The notes: generated by a model not told the origin, from the sequence alone. A DNA stretch of 64,000 nt from an uncultured bacterium (GCA_964437725.1 CAYTIB010000114.1:2695-66694); one strand, 5' to 3'; shown: positions 18,601-27,903, counted from the first letter of the stretch. Numbers and translations: made by a program.

Positions 18601-20907
18601 TTAGCCCCCGTTAGAGGTGATTCCCTTTGCCCGGATGGCTTGGAGCAGGTCCTGGGGTCGGATTGGAACCTTATGACAACGGATGCCTACTGCGTCGTGA
18701 ATTGCATTTGCAATTGCCGCAGCAACAGGATTTACAGGCCCTTCGGAGCAGCCTTTGGCCCCGAGCGGGCCGAGGGGGTCATCCGATTCAATGAAATCGT
18801 GGCGGATAGGTGGCATAGCTTCAGCCTTGGGGACGGCATAGTCGGCCAGGTTTCCGTTTACCGGTTGACCGTTCTCAAACACCATTTCCTCAAAATACGC
18901 CCATCCTAATCCTTGAGAAATGGCACCCTCCGTTTGGCTTTCAGCTCCGAGTGCGGATATGACTCTCCCTACATCGTCCACCGTGACGAATTCCAGAATA
19001 TCCACTTGACCGGTTTCTACATCCACTTCAACCTCGGCAATCTGCGCCACGAATTCATAGCCGGGGGCCACGTTACCATCCAGAAGCGGTGGCCGGATGG
19101 TTTCATTTTCAGCCTCGTAATGGCCGACGGCCATGACTGGGCCCTCATTATTTTGTTCCTTCTTGACAGCTTCTCCGATACTCATTCCCCGGTCAGGGGA
19201 TCCCTTAACGAAAATCCGGCCTTGTTCAAAAACAAGATCATCCGAGTCCACCTCGTACTCTTTGGACACGACGGCTGCAAGTTTCTTTTTCAGCTCCACT
19301 GCTGCCCGATGAACGGCGTTACCACCAATCATAGTGATTCGGCTTGCAAAGGACCCAAGAGTGTAAGGGGCGACATCGGTGTCTGGCTCGCACATGTCAA
19401 TATCTTTGACATCCACGCCGAGCTCTTCCGCAGCGAACATACTAAGAACTGTGGGTGCGCCTTGTCCGTTATCCCCTTCCCCAATGAGCAAACCGATTCG
19501 CCCGTCGTCGTGGGCGTGGAGAATCGCTGTGGAGCCTTCCCACCCTGCAATCACACGGTTTCCGCTTACGTGATTGGCGCATGCTAATCCAATACCTCGT
19601 CGGCGGGTTCCGGAGTCCGACTGACGGGTTTCCTCGCGTTTGCGTTTCCAATCAGTCATTTCTACAGCACGCTCGACGCATTCGGGAAGAGCATTTGTAA
19701 TTGCGTTCCACTTGTGAATCGAGAGCTCACCAGGGTTGAGCACATTTTGAAGACGTAGATCCGGAGGGTCGATATTCAACTGTTCAGCAAGCATGTCCAT
19801 CATGATTTCACCGGGAACCGTTGTTTGCGGTGTCCCAAATCCCCTAAATGCGCCCTTCGGAGGATTGTTGGTGTACATTAATTTTGCCTTCACGCCGCAG
19901 GCTTTCCATCGATAAAGTGATGGCCAACGGGTTACCATCGTATTGACGATACCCGGAGAGGCCCCAGCGTGCGCTCCACATTCTGCGACAATGTTCAGGG
20001 AATGCGCAGTGAGGGTTCCATTTTTCATGGCCCCGATTTTGAGTTGGACCTTTGCGGGCACCCGCATTCGTGTTGCCCCCCGAAAGGATTCAGTTCGGAG
20101 GTTTTCAAGCTTAACTGGACGACCAGACTTCAGGGCCAGTAGTCCGTTGATAAGAGCATTGGGATCATCAATTGATTTTCCACCGAAGGAGCCACCAACA
20201 TAAGGCTGAACCAGTCGAACCTTGGAAGTTTCCAGCCCCAACCCCATTGCGATCCTGTCTCTGCCAAGAAAAACTTTTAGGCAGGGGACATACATGACCA
20301 GCTTGTTTCCATCGGTTGGATCGGCAACGGTACAGTTTGGTTCGGTAAAGGCGTGATACTGTGTTTTTACTATAAATTCTTCTTCTAGAACGATATCGGA
20401 AGCTGCAAAGGTGGTTTCCAGGTTCTCACCTTTCTGAAAATCTAATTCGTGACAGATGTTATTTGGGGCCTCGTCGTGAATGAGAAGGGCGTTATCCGCC
20501 ATCGCGTCTTCGGGAGTGAGGTAGGCAGGAAGCGTTTCATACTCTACTTTTATGCGATCAATGGCTTCCTCGGCGATCTCCCGAGACACTGCGGCAACCG
20601 CCGCAACCTCGTGACCGATGAACCATACTTTGTTTATAGCGAGGGCGGTTTGATCTTTCCGTAATGTTCCAAATCCTGCACCCGGAGGGATGTCCTGACC
20701 AGTCACAATTGTCTTGACACCGGGAACCTTCAAGGCTTCAGAGGTGTCAATTTTCAGAATTCGCGCGTGAGAATGCACACTTCGCAATACCTTGCCATGC
20801 AGCAGACCCGGAAAATTCATATCTGTAGCAAACTTGGCTTGCCCCGATACCTTCACCGGGGACCCAACCATCGGGGTACGCGAACCTATCACTCTAAATG
20901 AACTCAT
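18601..20907 (-). CDS. Xanthine dehydrogenase/aldehyde oxidase family molybdopterin-binding large subunit
   Basis: 768 aa with the N-terminal a/b hammerhead (…RTPMVGSPVKVSGQAKFATDM…HGKVLRS.H.HA.I…), GGSFGGK, and the C-terminal GAKGCSEGP block containing the catalytic Glu position. No fused or adjacent 2Fe-2S or FAD subunit is present. Confidence 0.85.
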   Translation of the reverse strand: MSSFRVIGSRTPMVGSPVKVSGQAKFATDMNFPGLLHGKVLRSVHSHARILKIDTSEALKVPGVKTIVTGQDIPPGAGFGTLRKDQTALAINKVWFIGHEVAAVAAVSREIAEEAIDRIKVEYETLPAYLTPEDAMADNALLIHDEAPNNICHELDFQKGENLETTFAASDIVLEEEFIVKTQYHAFTEPNCTVADPTDGNKLVMYVPCLKVFLGRDRIAMGLGLETSKVRLVQPYVGGSFGGKSIDDPNALINGLLALKSGRPVKLENLRTESFRGATRMRVPAKVQLKIGAMKNGTLTAHSLNIVAECGAHAGASPGIVNTMVTRWPSLYRWKACGVKAKLMYTNNPPKGAFRGFGTPQTTVPGEIMMDMLAEQLNIDPPDLRLQNVLNPGELSIHKWNAITNALPECVERAVEMTDWKRKREETRQSDSGTRRRGIGLACANHVSGNRVIAGWEGSTAILHAHDDGRIGLLIGEGDNGQGAPTVLSMFAAEELGVDVKDIDMCEPDTDVAPYTLGSFASRITMIGGNAVHRAAVELKKKLAAVVSKEYEVDSDDLVFEQGRIFVKGSPDRGMSIGEAVKKEQNNEGPVMAVGHYEAENETIRPPLLDGNVAPGYEFVAQIAEVEVDVETGQVDILEFVTVDDVGRVISALGAESQTEGAISQGLGWAYFEEMVFENGQPVNGNLADYAVPKAEAMPPIRHDFIESDDPLGPLGAKGCSEGPVNPVAAAIANAIHDAVGIRCHKVPIRPQDLLQAIRAKGITSNGG

Positions 20908-21050
20908 GATTAACTCCTGTTAAACAAGGGGCCTCTTGGCGATTCCCGAATTCAAATGGACACCGCCCCCTATACATTGAAGGTTTGGGTACTACCCCAG
21001 CGTTTCCTCTGGTTTATTCAACAGACCTTATCATTGAAACAGGCGGTTGC

Positions 21051-21929
21051 TCAACTCCTTAGAAGCATGATCAGGACGACGCCGAGGACGATAGATGCGG
21101 TCCCGGCGTATGTCCTTCTCGTTATATTTTCTAAGTCTCCCAAAAAGAACGCCGCCATGGAGATAGATAAAAGCGGGGTAGCGCCGAGAATTGCCATGAC
21201 TCGCGAGACCTCTCCCAAAGAGATGGCAGAAAACAGAAAAAACAAGGTGACGGCAAGAGTGATTCCTGCGAGAAGGAAAAACCCCAATGCTCTGGTAGAA
21301 CAGACCAGCCGCATATTTTTTGGGAACATTTTATAGGTCATTCCAAGGACTATTAGGGCAGAAAATGTGGAAATCAAAATGGCTATGTGAGGGAGCGGGA
21401 TGACCGATAATCCGACCTTTCGGATAACAGCGGCTAGACCCCAGAAGAATCCTGCGGCCAGGGGAAGGATCGCTTCTCTCAACTTTAGTGGTGTTTCCCC
21501 TTTTGGGTGCATAATCACCCAAATTCCTCCAACGATCAGAACGGTGCCGACATACAAAGTCCAGTGGGGTCGTTCGCCCAAGAGCAGAACGCTGAGTATA
21601 ACTGAGAAGAGAGGATTTGAGCCCATCCCTATGGGGGCTGCTCGCCCAACTCCCAAGCGACTTAGAGCGATGTAGTACATCGTCATGGACAAGGCAGGGG
21701 AACTGATACCTCCCAGCAAAAACCAGAGCACACCCTTTTGTGACAAATCCGTCCATTGGACCCCAAGGGAGGCGCATACTCCAGTATAGGCAATTAAAAC
21801 GGTTAGGTTAATGACCACAGCGGCGACGTAGGGAGAGCCGGTTTGTAGCCCTTGACGGGTCAGAGTGCTCATAAACGACATGGCAAAGACAGCGATGAGA
21901 GCCAGGAAATCAGCGGGTATGGCTTGCAA
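21051..21929 (-). CDS. EamA/DMT-superfamily transporter, paralog 1
   Basis: 292 aa with about 10 predicted TM segments and duplicated EamA-type halves. It aligns over its full length with the next gene. Confidence 0.75.
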   Translation of the reverse strand: MQAIPADFLALIAVFAMSFMSTLTRQGLQTGSPYVAAVVINLTVLIAYTGVCASLGVQWTDLSQKGVLWFLLGGISSPALSMTMYYIALSRLGVGRAAPIGMGSNPLFSVILSVLLLGERPHWTLYVGTVLIVGGIWVIMHPKGETPLKLREAILPLAAGFFWGLAAVIRKVGLSVIPLPHIAILISTFSALIVLGMTYKMFPKNMRLVCSTRALGFFLLAGITLAVTLFFLFSAISLGEVSRVMAILGATPLLSISMAAFFLGDLENITRRTYAGTASIVLGVVLIMLLRS

Positions 21930-21980
21930 TTTGTATTTCCATTTAAAGGGAAAAGTATTCTAGTTGAAAAGAAAAGTGTG

Positions 21981-22868
21981 CTAGGTCCTGAGCAATGTAA
22001 TGATGATAATGCCTACTACAATGGCTACTGTACCTCCATAGGTTCTGGCGGTTATCCTTTCTAAATTTCCGAGGAATATGGCAGCCATGGCGATGGTTAA
22101 AAGCGGAATAATTCCCATTATAGACATCACCTTGGAAACCTGCCCCAAAGCGAGAGCGGAGTAAAGAAAATAAAGGGATGTGGCAAAGGCAATTCCCGCG
22201 CAAAGGAAGAACTTCGCGGCCTTCCGGGAGCACACAAGTCGTTTTCCTTTTGGGACAAACCAATATGTCAGGATTAAAAATGTTAAGGCTGTTGCCGCGG
22301 AGATGGCAATACCAACGTGAGGTAGTGAGATATAAGACAAGCCGATCTTCCGAAAAACAGAAGCCAATCCCCAGAAAAAGCCAGCGCTCAAAGGAATCAG
22401 GGATTCCTTCCACGTTAACGGTGGCAGACCTTTCGGTCTAGTAATCACCCAAATCCCACTGATGACTAAGATTGTTCCCAAGTATAAAGACCAATTTGGT
22501 CTCTCGCCCAAAAGTATGATCGCCAAAGTTACCGAGGCTAGAGGATTTGCACCCATAGCAATGGGAGCGGCTTGTGCGACGCCAAAACGACTTAGTCCAT
22601 AGTAGTAAATAGTCATCGAAAGGGCAGGGGAACTGATACCGGCTATCAGAAACCACATGACTCCGGTTAGCGGAAGTTTTGTCCATTGGACTCCTAGAAC
22701 AGTACAAACTACAAAATAAATAATTAGAACCGTTGTGTTCATTATGATTGCCGCCATGTAGGGGGATCCTGTTTGGAGACCCTGACGGTTCAAGACACTA
22801 AGGAAAGACATTGCAAAGGCAGCAAGAAGCGCAATGAAGGGTACTGGGATGGTTTGAATGAAGGACAA
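21981..22868 (-). CDS. EamA/DMT-superfamily transporter, paralog 2
   Basis: 295 aa. It shares blocks with paralog 1 (…RQGLQTGSPY.AA…, GISSPALSMT.YY..LSR.GV..AAPI.MG.NPL.SV…LLGERP.W.LY.GT.L…). Confidence 0.75.
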   Translation of the reverse strand: MSFIQTIPVPFIALLAAFAMSFLSVLNRQGLQTGSPYMAAIIMNTTVLIIYFVVCTVLGVQWTKLPLTGVMWFLIAGISSPALSMTIYYYGLSRFGVAQAAPIAMGANPLASVTLAIILLGERPNWSLYLGTILVISGIWVITRPKGLPPLTWKESLIPLSAGFFWGLASVFRKIGLSYISLPHVGIAISAATALTFLILTYWFVPKGKRLVCSRKAAKFFLCAGIAFATSLYFLYSALALGQVSKVMSIMGIIPLLTIAMAAIFLGNLERITARTYGGTVAIVVGIIIITLLRT

Positions 22869-22927
22869 GAGAAACCTTCCAGTCAGACGTAAGTGAAGTG
22901 GCGTTGCTTCTTTCGAGATGGCTATTA

Positions 22928-22944
22928 GCCGATTGCGAATCGGC
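22928..22944. promoter_or_regulatory. Perfect 7-3-7 palindrome upstream of the transporter/deaminase operon (candidate operator or hairpin)
   Basis: GCCGATT-GCG-AATCGGC lies about 60 nt upstream of the first EamA start (22868) in the 205-bp intergenic region. Confidence 0.25.
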
Positions 22945-23072
22945 AGTTAAGCTTCCAGGGGGTAGAAAGTCAATCCTGGTGTAAAGAAAGTATTATCGTA
23001 CGAAGGTCATTTTTTATTTGTACGTTGTCACTCAAACGGGCTAGTCAAAGCAAGTTTGAAACTTCGAAGTTT

Positions 23073-23543
23073 TTAAAAGGGCAAAGCTTCTGGATCTGTT
23101 GCCCAGGCGATTTTCCACCCATGATAGAAGTCCCCCTCTAAGCAAACGGTTGTAGCCTCCCGGAATGTAATGATGTCCCAGGCCTCGCTGCCCATCACCA
23201 ACTGAGACACCAGTTTGGATAGGAAGGGCAGGTGGCTAACAATCATCAGGGATTTTCCCAATTGAGCTACTTCGTCGGCAATGGGGGCGACTGGGTCCAT
23301 GGGGTTGAGTCCTTCACGTTCGCGCATGCAGGATACAGATTGAACCGAAGAACTCAGCCCCTTCGCTGTCTGAGCTGCTCTCAGTTTTTTACTGTGCCAG
23401 ATGGCGTAGACTGAGATCTCCTTTGCCTTTAAAAAGCGTGACATCACCTCGGCTTGTTCCCAACCCTTTGTTGCGAGAGGACGGTTGGAGTCTCGTTCTT
23501 CTGGTACGGCCTCGCCGTGTCTAACAAGGTAAAGATACATCAA
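23073..23543 (-). CDS. sixA: Phosphohistidine phosphatase SixA
   Basis: 156 aa with the histidine-phosphatase RHG motif at the N-terminus (YLVRHGEA), a later SHLP block, and overall colinearity with E. coli SixA. Confidence 0.8.
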   Translation of the reverse strand: MMYLYLVRHGEAVPEERDSNRPLATKGWEQAEVMSRFLKAKEISVYAIWHSKKLRAAQTAKGLSSSVQSVSCMREREGLNPMDPVAPIADEVAQLGKSLMIVSHLPFLSKLVSQLVMGSEAWDIITFREATTVCLEGDFYHGWKIAWATDPEALPF

Positions 23544-23725
23544 TGAATTCCTTATGCAGTGTTAGGTAACTCTAGTCATTTTGGAAACTCCGAGGTATTG
23601 TAACGAGAATTCCAATGAAAATCTGAAGTTTGTTAAACAGTCAGAGTGCCGGAGGGGTTTTCGATACCCTAGAACTTTTTTGAGTATAACCATTAGCCAT
23701 CGAACCATGAAAGGAGAATAAGCTA

Positions 23726-24799
23726 TTGAGTGGAAAAAACGATGCGCTTGCCGAGGTGATGGAAAGTAGCAAGGGGCGGATGATAGGGGATGGATTAGAA
23801 GCAGCTGATATTGATGAGATTCTAGATCGGTGTTCAGGCTGGGCGAACTGGTATGAGGTGGTAACCGGGATAGGAGATCGATATGAACAGCTAGCAGAAG
23901 AGCGTCTTGCCAACAGCTGCGGTATCTCCGCGGGCGTTTATTTTTGGCGAGCTTGTATGTACTACCACTACGCACAATTTTATATGTTTGAACGCCCAGA
24001 TTTGAGGGAAGCTGGCCAGAAAAAGAAGGTTGAGCTTTACGAACGAGCAGCACCTTTATTTTTCCCGCCTGCCGAACGTGTCGATATCCCATTCGAGGGA
24101 TTCACCATTCCCGGTTATTTTCGAAAACCCCGCGGTGTTGAAAAACCAAGGTGTGCTGTGTTGATTGGAGGTTTGGAGAGCACCAAAGAGGAAAGCTATT
24201 TTTTCGAGCACATGTGCCATGACCGAGGAATGGCAACATTTGCATTTGACGGTCCCGGTCAGGGCGAGATGTTTTTTCAGACGAAGATTCGGCCCGATTT
24301 TGAACGATTCACATCTGCGGTTTTGGATTATTTAGAGACTAGGGAGGATATCGATACATCAAGATTTGGTGTTTTAGGAAGAAGCTTTGGAGGTTATTAC
24401 GCACCGAGAAGTGCAGCCCATGACGGACGAATAGCTGTCTGCGTTTGCTGGGGTGTTTTGTATGAGCTTGAAACATACTGGTGGAATATGCACGATATCA
24501 CACGAAACGGATTTACTTATTGCGCTGGTGAAACAGATCCTGAGAAGGGAATGGAGACATTGAAGTGCATTAACCTCTCCGATTGTTCTGACAAGATTAC
24601 CTGCGCACTGTATCTTCAGCATGGCATGAAGGATGATTTAATTCCTTTTAATCAAGCCACCCGATTAGAGAAGGAAGCTGTGAACGCTAGGGAAATTGTT
24701 ACCCAGTATGAACCAGATGGTATTCATTGTTGCCACAACCTTTATCATTTAACTCGTTTGCCCATGGCCGATTACTTAGCTAAATACTTGGTTGACTAA
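23726..24799 (+). CDS. Alpha/beta hydrolase (FrsA / 2,6-dihydropseudooxynicotine-hydrolase-like architecture)
   Basis: 357 aa with an N-terminal helical region followed by an alpha/beta fold and the nucleophile elbow GRSFGG. The TTG start at 23726 is preceded by AAGGAG at 9-nt spacing. Confidence 0.55.
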   Translation: MSGKNDALAEVMESSKGRMIGDGLEAADIDEILDRCSGWANWYEVVTGIGDRYEQLAEERLANSCGISAGVYFWRACMYYHYAQFYMFERPDLREAGQKKKVELYERAAPLFFPPAERVDIPFEGFTIPGYFRKPRGVEKPRCAVLIGGLESTKEESYFFEHMCHDRGMATFAFDGPGQGEMFFQTKIRPDFERFTSAVLDYLETREDIDTSRFGVLGRSFGGYYAPRSAAHDGRIAVCVCWGVLYELETYWWNMHDITRNGFTYCAGETDPEKGMETLKCINLSDCSDKITCALYLQHGMKDDLIPFNQATRLEKEAVNAREIVTQYEPDGIHCCHNLYHLTRLPMADYLAKYLVD

Positions 24800-24893
24800 C
24801 GGAAGTTCAAGGAAAATTGGAAATAGCACGACGGTAGGGTCCGGTTATAGATGCGCCATTAAAGTGCAGCGATATGTTTGAGGGGAGCAGGAT

Positions 24894-26231
24894 TTGAGTG
24901 AAGTCCGTTTGATTTGTGAAAAAGCGCGCGAAGCATTCCTGAGTTTTTCTTCATTGGGTCTAGACGTGCGTAATGTGGCTCTGGAAGCAATGGCAGAGGC
25001 TTTGGATCGAGGAGCTAAAGAACTCTTAGCTGCCAATCAGGAGGATTGTCGTGACGCAGAGGAAGCAGTAAGCTCAGGTAACATGTCTCATGCTGTCTTC
25101 AAGCGTCTTTCTCTTGATATAAACAAACTTCAATCTATGGTGGATAATCTACACGCTGTTCGAGAACTAGATAATCCACTCGGTTCTTGCGATTACGCTT
25201 GTCGCTTGGACGATGGACTGGTGCTTCGCCGTGTAACCTGCCCTTTGGGAGTCGTTGCTGCAATTTTTGAAGCACGTCCTGATGCGATTTCCCAAATAGC
25301 TTCCCTTTGTATCAAGTCTGGTAATGCTGTCATCCTCAAAGGAGGAAAGGAGGCGCTACGGACGAATCGTACGACCGCCCGTATCCTGAAAGAAGCGGTT
25401 GCGTTGGCAGGTGTTCCATCTGATGCTCTGCAACTTTTGGAAGCCCGCGAAGAAGTTAGAGATTTGCTAGATATGGACGATCTCGTGGATTTGATTGTTC
25501 CACGAGGAGGCAATGCGTTTGTGCGATACATTCGAGAGAATACGCGCACGCCTGTGCTCGGACATGCAGACGGGATTTGCCACCTTTATGTGGATCGCGC
25601 TGTAGACCGATTTGAATCTTTTCAAACCGCGATTGCCATCGTTTTAGATGCCAAGACGAATTACCCAGCGGCATGCAATTCTGTTGAAACTATTTTGGTA
25701 CATGAAGAGGTGGCGATGGATTTCTTGCCTCTTATGATTTCAGCACTGGGGAAAGCAGGCGTCGAGGTCAGGGGATGTTCAAAGACCTGCCAAATCGTTT
25801 CCGACTTGGTTCCTGCAACAGATGATGATTGGGATACAGAGTTTCTGGATTTAATCGTTTCGGTTCGGATCGTAACGGATTTAACGGATGCTGTGGGGCA
25901 CATTAATCAACATGGTTCAAAACATACGGATGGGATCATAACGGAAGACAAAATAACAGCCGAGAGATTTTTGAATGGTGTAGACGCTTCGAGTGTTTTG
26001 TGGAACGCTTCAACCCGCTTTGCGGACGGATATCGTTACGGGTTGGGAGCTGAGGTTGGAATCAGCACCGAAAAGCTCCATGCACGTGGTCCAGTCGGAC
26101 TCGAGGGGTTGGTGACATATAAGTATCAAGTTGTCGGATCAGGTCATTGTGTTAATGATTACATGGGAGAGAATGCACGGGCTTTCCAACATGCTCCCCT
26201 ATCAAAAGATACCGATATTTTCTCACAATAA
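24894..26231 (+). CDS. proA: Glutamate-5-semialdehyde dehydrogenase (gamma-glutamyl phosphate reductase)
   Basis: 445 aa with ProA blocks (…PLGVV..IFEARP.…, ILKGGKEA, catalytic-Cys region …YPAACNS.ETILVH…, GSKHTD.I.TE). TTG start with GAGGGGAG upstream. Confidence 0.9.
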   Translation: MSEVRLICEKAREAFLSFSSLGLDVRNVALEAMAEALDRGAKELLAANQEDCRDAEEAVSSGNMSHAVFKRLSLDINKLQSMVDNLHAVRELDNPLGSCDYACRLDDGLVLRRVTCPLGVVAAIFEARPDAISQIASLCIKSGNAVILKGGKEALRTNRTTARILKEAVALAGVPSDALQLLEAREEVRDLLDMDDLVDLIVPRGGNAFVRYIRENTRTPVLGHADGICHLYVDRAVDRFESFQTAIAIVLDAKTNYPAACNSVETILVHEEVAMDFLPLMISALGKAGVEVRGCSKTCQIVSDLVPATDDDWDTEFLDLIVSVRIVTDLTDAVGHINQHGSKHTDGIITEDKITAERFLNGVDASSVLWNASTRFADGYRYGLGAEVGISTEKLHARGPVGLEGLVTYKYQVVGSGHCVNDYMGENARAFQHAPLSKDTDIFSQ

Positions 26232-26420
26232 AAGACCGTTGCCCGTTGAATGCACCTATTTGTCCAGGCGAGATTTTTGGGTTGGATTTCCCACGGTAAA
26301 GATATCGAGACCCCCCGTGTACCAAATACACCCTGGCCATGCCGCATCCTGAACAGACAAGAAAGTATGTGGGGGTTGACCTTTGGGAGTTTTGTTATTT
26401 AGTTCATCAATATATGGTGA

Positions 26421-26666
26421 TCAGCCGTCCTGCCCTTGCAGTCTTTCCTTTTTCCATTTTTTTTTCAGGTAATTTGTAATCAAAATTTCCATCATTTCTT
26501 CTGCGTCTTCTCGATCTTCTCCAATGCCGTAAAAATCCCGTTCGACGGCATTCTCGTCATTGTCCGCTTTCGCCGCTTCCTCGTATAGGTCAGCCCATAC
26601 TTCCCATTTTCCATCCCCTTCGGAAAACCTTATTTTAACGCGGCGTCCTAAGATATCTTTTTCCAC
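26421..26666 (-). CDS. Small acidic hypothetical protein (81 aa)
   Basis: The ORF has AAAGGA upstream. No family is recognised. It has an acidic core and a Lys-rich C-terminus. Confidence 0.4.
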   Translation of the reverse strand: MEKDILGRRVKIRFSEGDGKWEVWADLYEEAAKADNDENAVERDFYGIGEDREDAEEMMEILITNYLKKKWKKERLQGQDG

Positions 26667-26693
26667 GACCGTGTCCTTTCAGGGATTGAGAAC

Positions 26694-27227
26694 TCAAATT
26701 CCTGATGGAGTTTCACTTTTGGGTGCAAAGATATCCCCCGAGACCGCACGACAGGAGTCCGCGTTAGCTTTGACTACATGATCCACGGCAATGGCTAAGG
26801 TGTTCCTGTCGATGCCCATTTCCCGGGCGATATCTAATTGGTTGCGAGTACTAGATTCTGTTCCTCGGGTTATGCTGACGGCTAGTTGGATGAACAGCTC
26901 TTCACGGTTTGTCAACGGGCTGAGCTCTTCTGGATCTGAATATTGATTGCTCGATTCTTCGTCCCATCCAGTTGGAACATTGACATAAGCCCCCCTGCCA
27001 TTTTCCTCCATGTCTTGTCCGAAATCAGCTAAACGAACGTTGACGGCTTGTAGCCCTTGGGTGAATTGTGTCACCTCAAATTCGACGAGCTGATTTTCTT
27101 GTAAGCTAGCAAACTCAGTATCGTGTAGTTTCGAGCAATGGAAAAAAAGATCTTTTCCGCTGGATGTCTCAATAAATCCAAAGCCTCGACTTGTAACCAT
27201 TCGCTTGATTCGACCCGTTGGCATCAA
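26694..27227 (-). CDS. Cold-shock-domain protein with C-terminal extension (possible HTH)
   Basis: The N-terminal CSD carries RNP motifs (GRIKRMVTSRGFGFIE…DLFFH). The roughly 110-aa C-terminal extension contains an HTH-like stretch (TRNQLDIAREMGIDRNTLAIAVD). Confidence 0.7.
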   Translation of the reverse strand: MMPTGRIKRMVTSRGFGFIETSSGKDLFFHCSKLHDTEFASLQENQLVEFEVTQFTQGLQAVNVRLADFGQDMEENGRGAYVNVPTGWDEESSNQYSDPEELSPLTNREELFIQLAVSITRGTESSTRNQLDIAREMGIDRNTLAIAVDHVVKANADSCRAVSGDIFAPKSETPSGI

Positions 27228-27448
27228 GTACGTATCCTTTTACCTGGCCCTGGATGTAAAATGAATCAGGCGTTCCGTCCGCCAGTTGGACAGCCGTCTA
27301 TGAATCGTTCGACTTTCTGTCCGATCGGTGATTGAGATCCATTTCAGAAATTGATCGAAATTAAATGATTGAAAATGAAGCATCTATAAAATGTTACCTG
27401 ATCATTTTATTGGCAATCGACAGCCTGGCGGTTTCTATATGTTTTTTA

Positions 27449-27634
27449 CTATATTTCGAGGAGAGCTTTCTTTACGTTGAATAGTTTTCCATCTTCGTTC
27501 TGGATCAAGATGAGATCTCCCTCCCAATCTTGAATGACGGTAACTTCTTCTCCCTCACTAAATTCAACGGGCTCCGGATCACCATCCTTTCCCATTCTAA
27601 TATAAGCTGTGAAGTCCTCTTTGACCTTAGCCAT
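27449..27634 (-). CDS. Small hypothetical protein (61 aa)
   Basis: ATG 27634 is preceded by AGGAG at about 11 nt. The ORF is open to 27682. No family is recognised. Confidence 0.4.
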   Translation of the reverse strand: MAKVKEDFTAYIRMGKDGDPEPVEFSEGEEVTVIQDWEGDLILIQNEDGKLFNVKKALLEI

Positions 27635-27903
27635 TGTGGCGAATCTCCTGGTCAGCCGCCCGCATTTACGAACGTCCGACACTCCCTTGTGGTAGTGTGA
27701 AATAACTCAAATAATAGGTTGCCGAATCAAGATCCGAACGATAACCCCTTGGTTCCCTTTGCATTATATCCGACACAGCAAAATCGTCAATAATCTCTTC
27801 GAAATTTTTCCAGGCTCACAGCAGTTCATAGCACCTTGAGGACATGTTCCCAAACCAGTGGCCCTTCGGTCTTCAGGATTTTCGCCCATAACTTCAGACC
27901 TGT

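Noticed and set aside
23562-24092. 176-aa minus-strand ORF overlapping the start of the alpha/beta hydrolase gene.
   Set aside because: It has no recognisable family and a Ser/Leu/Arg-rich composition typical of antisense frames. The overlapping plus-strand gene has a strong RBS and fold motifs.
26667-26696. The cold-shock-domain ORF ends in TGA (26694-26696) and is in frame with the downstream 81-aa ORF, so a third Sec read-through was a possibility.
   Set aside because: Hand translation of the 9 intervening codons (VLNP*KDTV) shows a second TGA five codons later. There is no convincing hairpin and no redox motif at the site. The downstream ORF also has its own RBS (AAAGGA).
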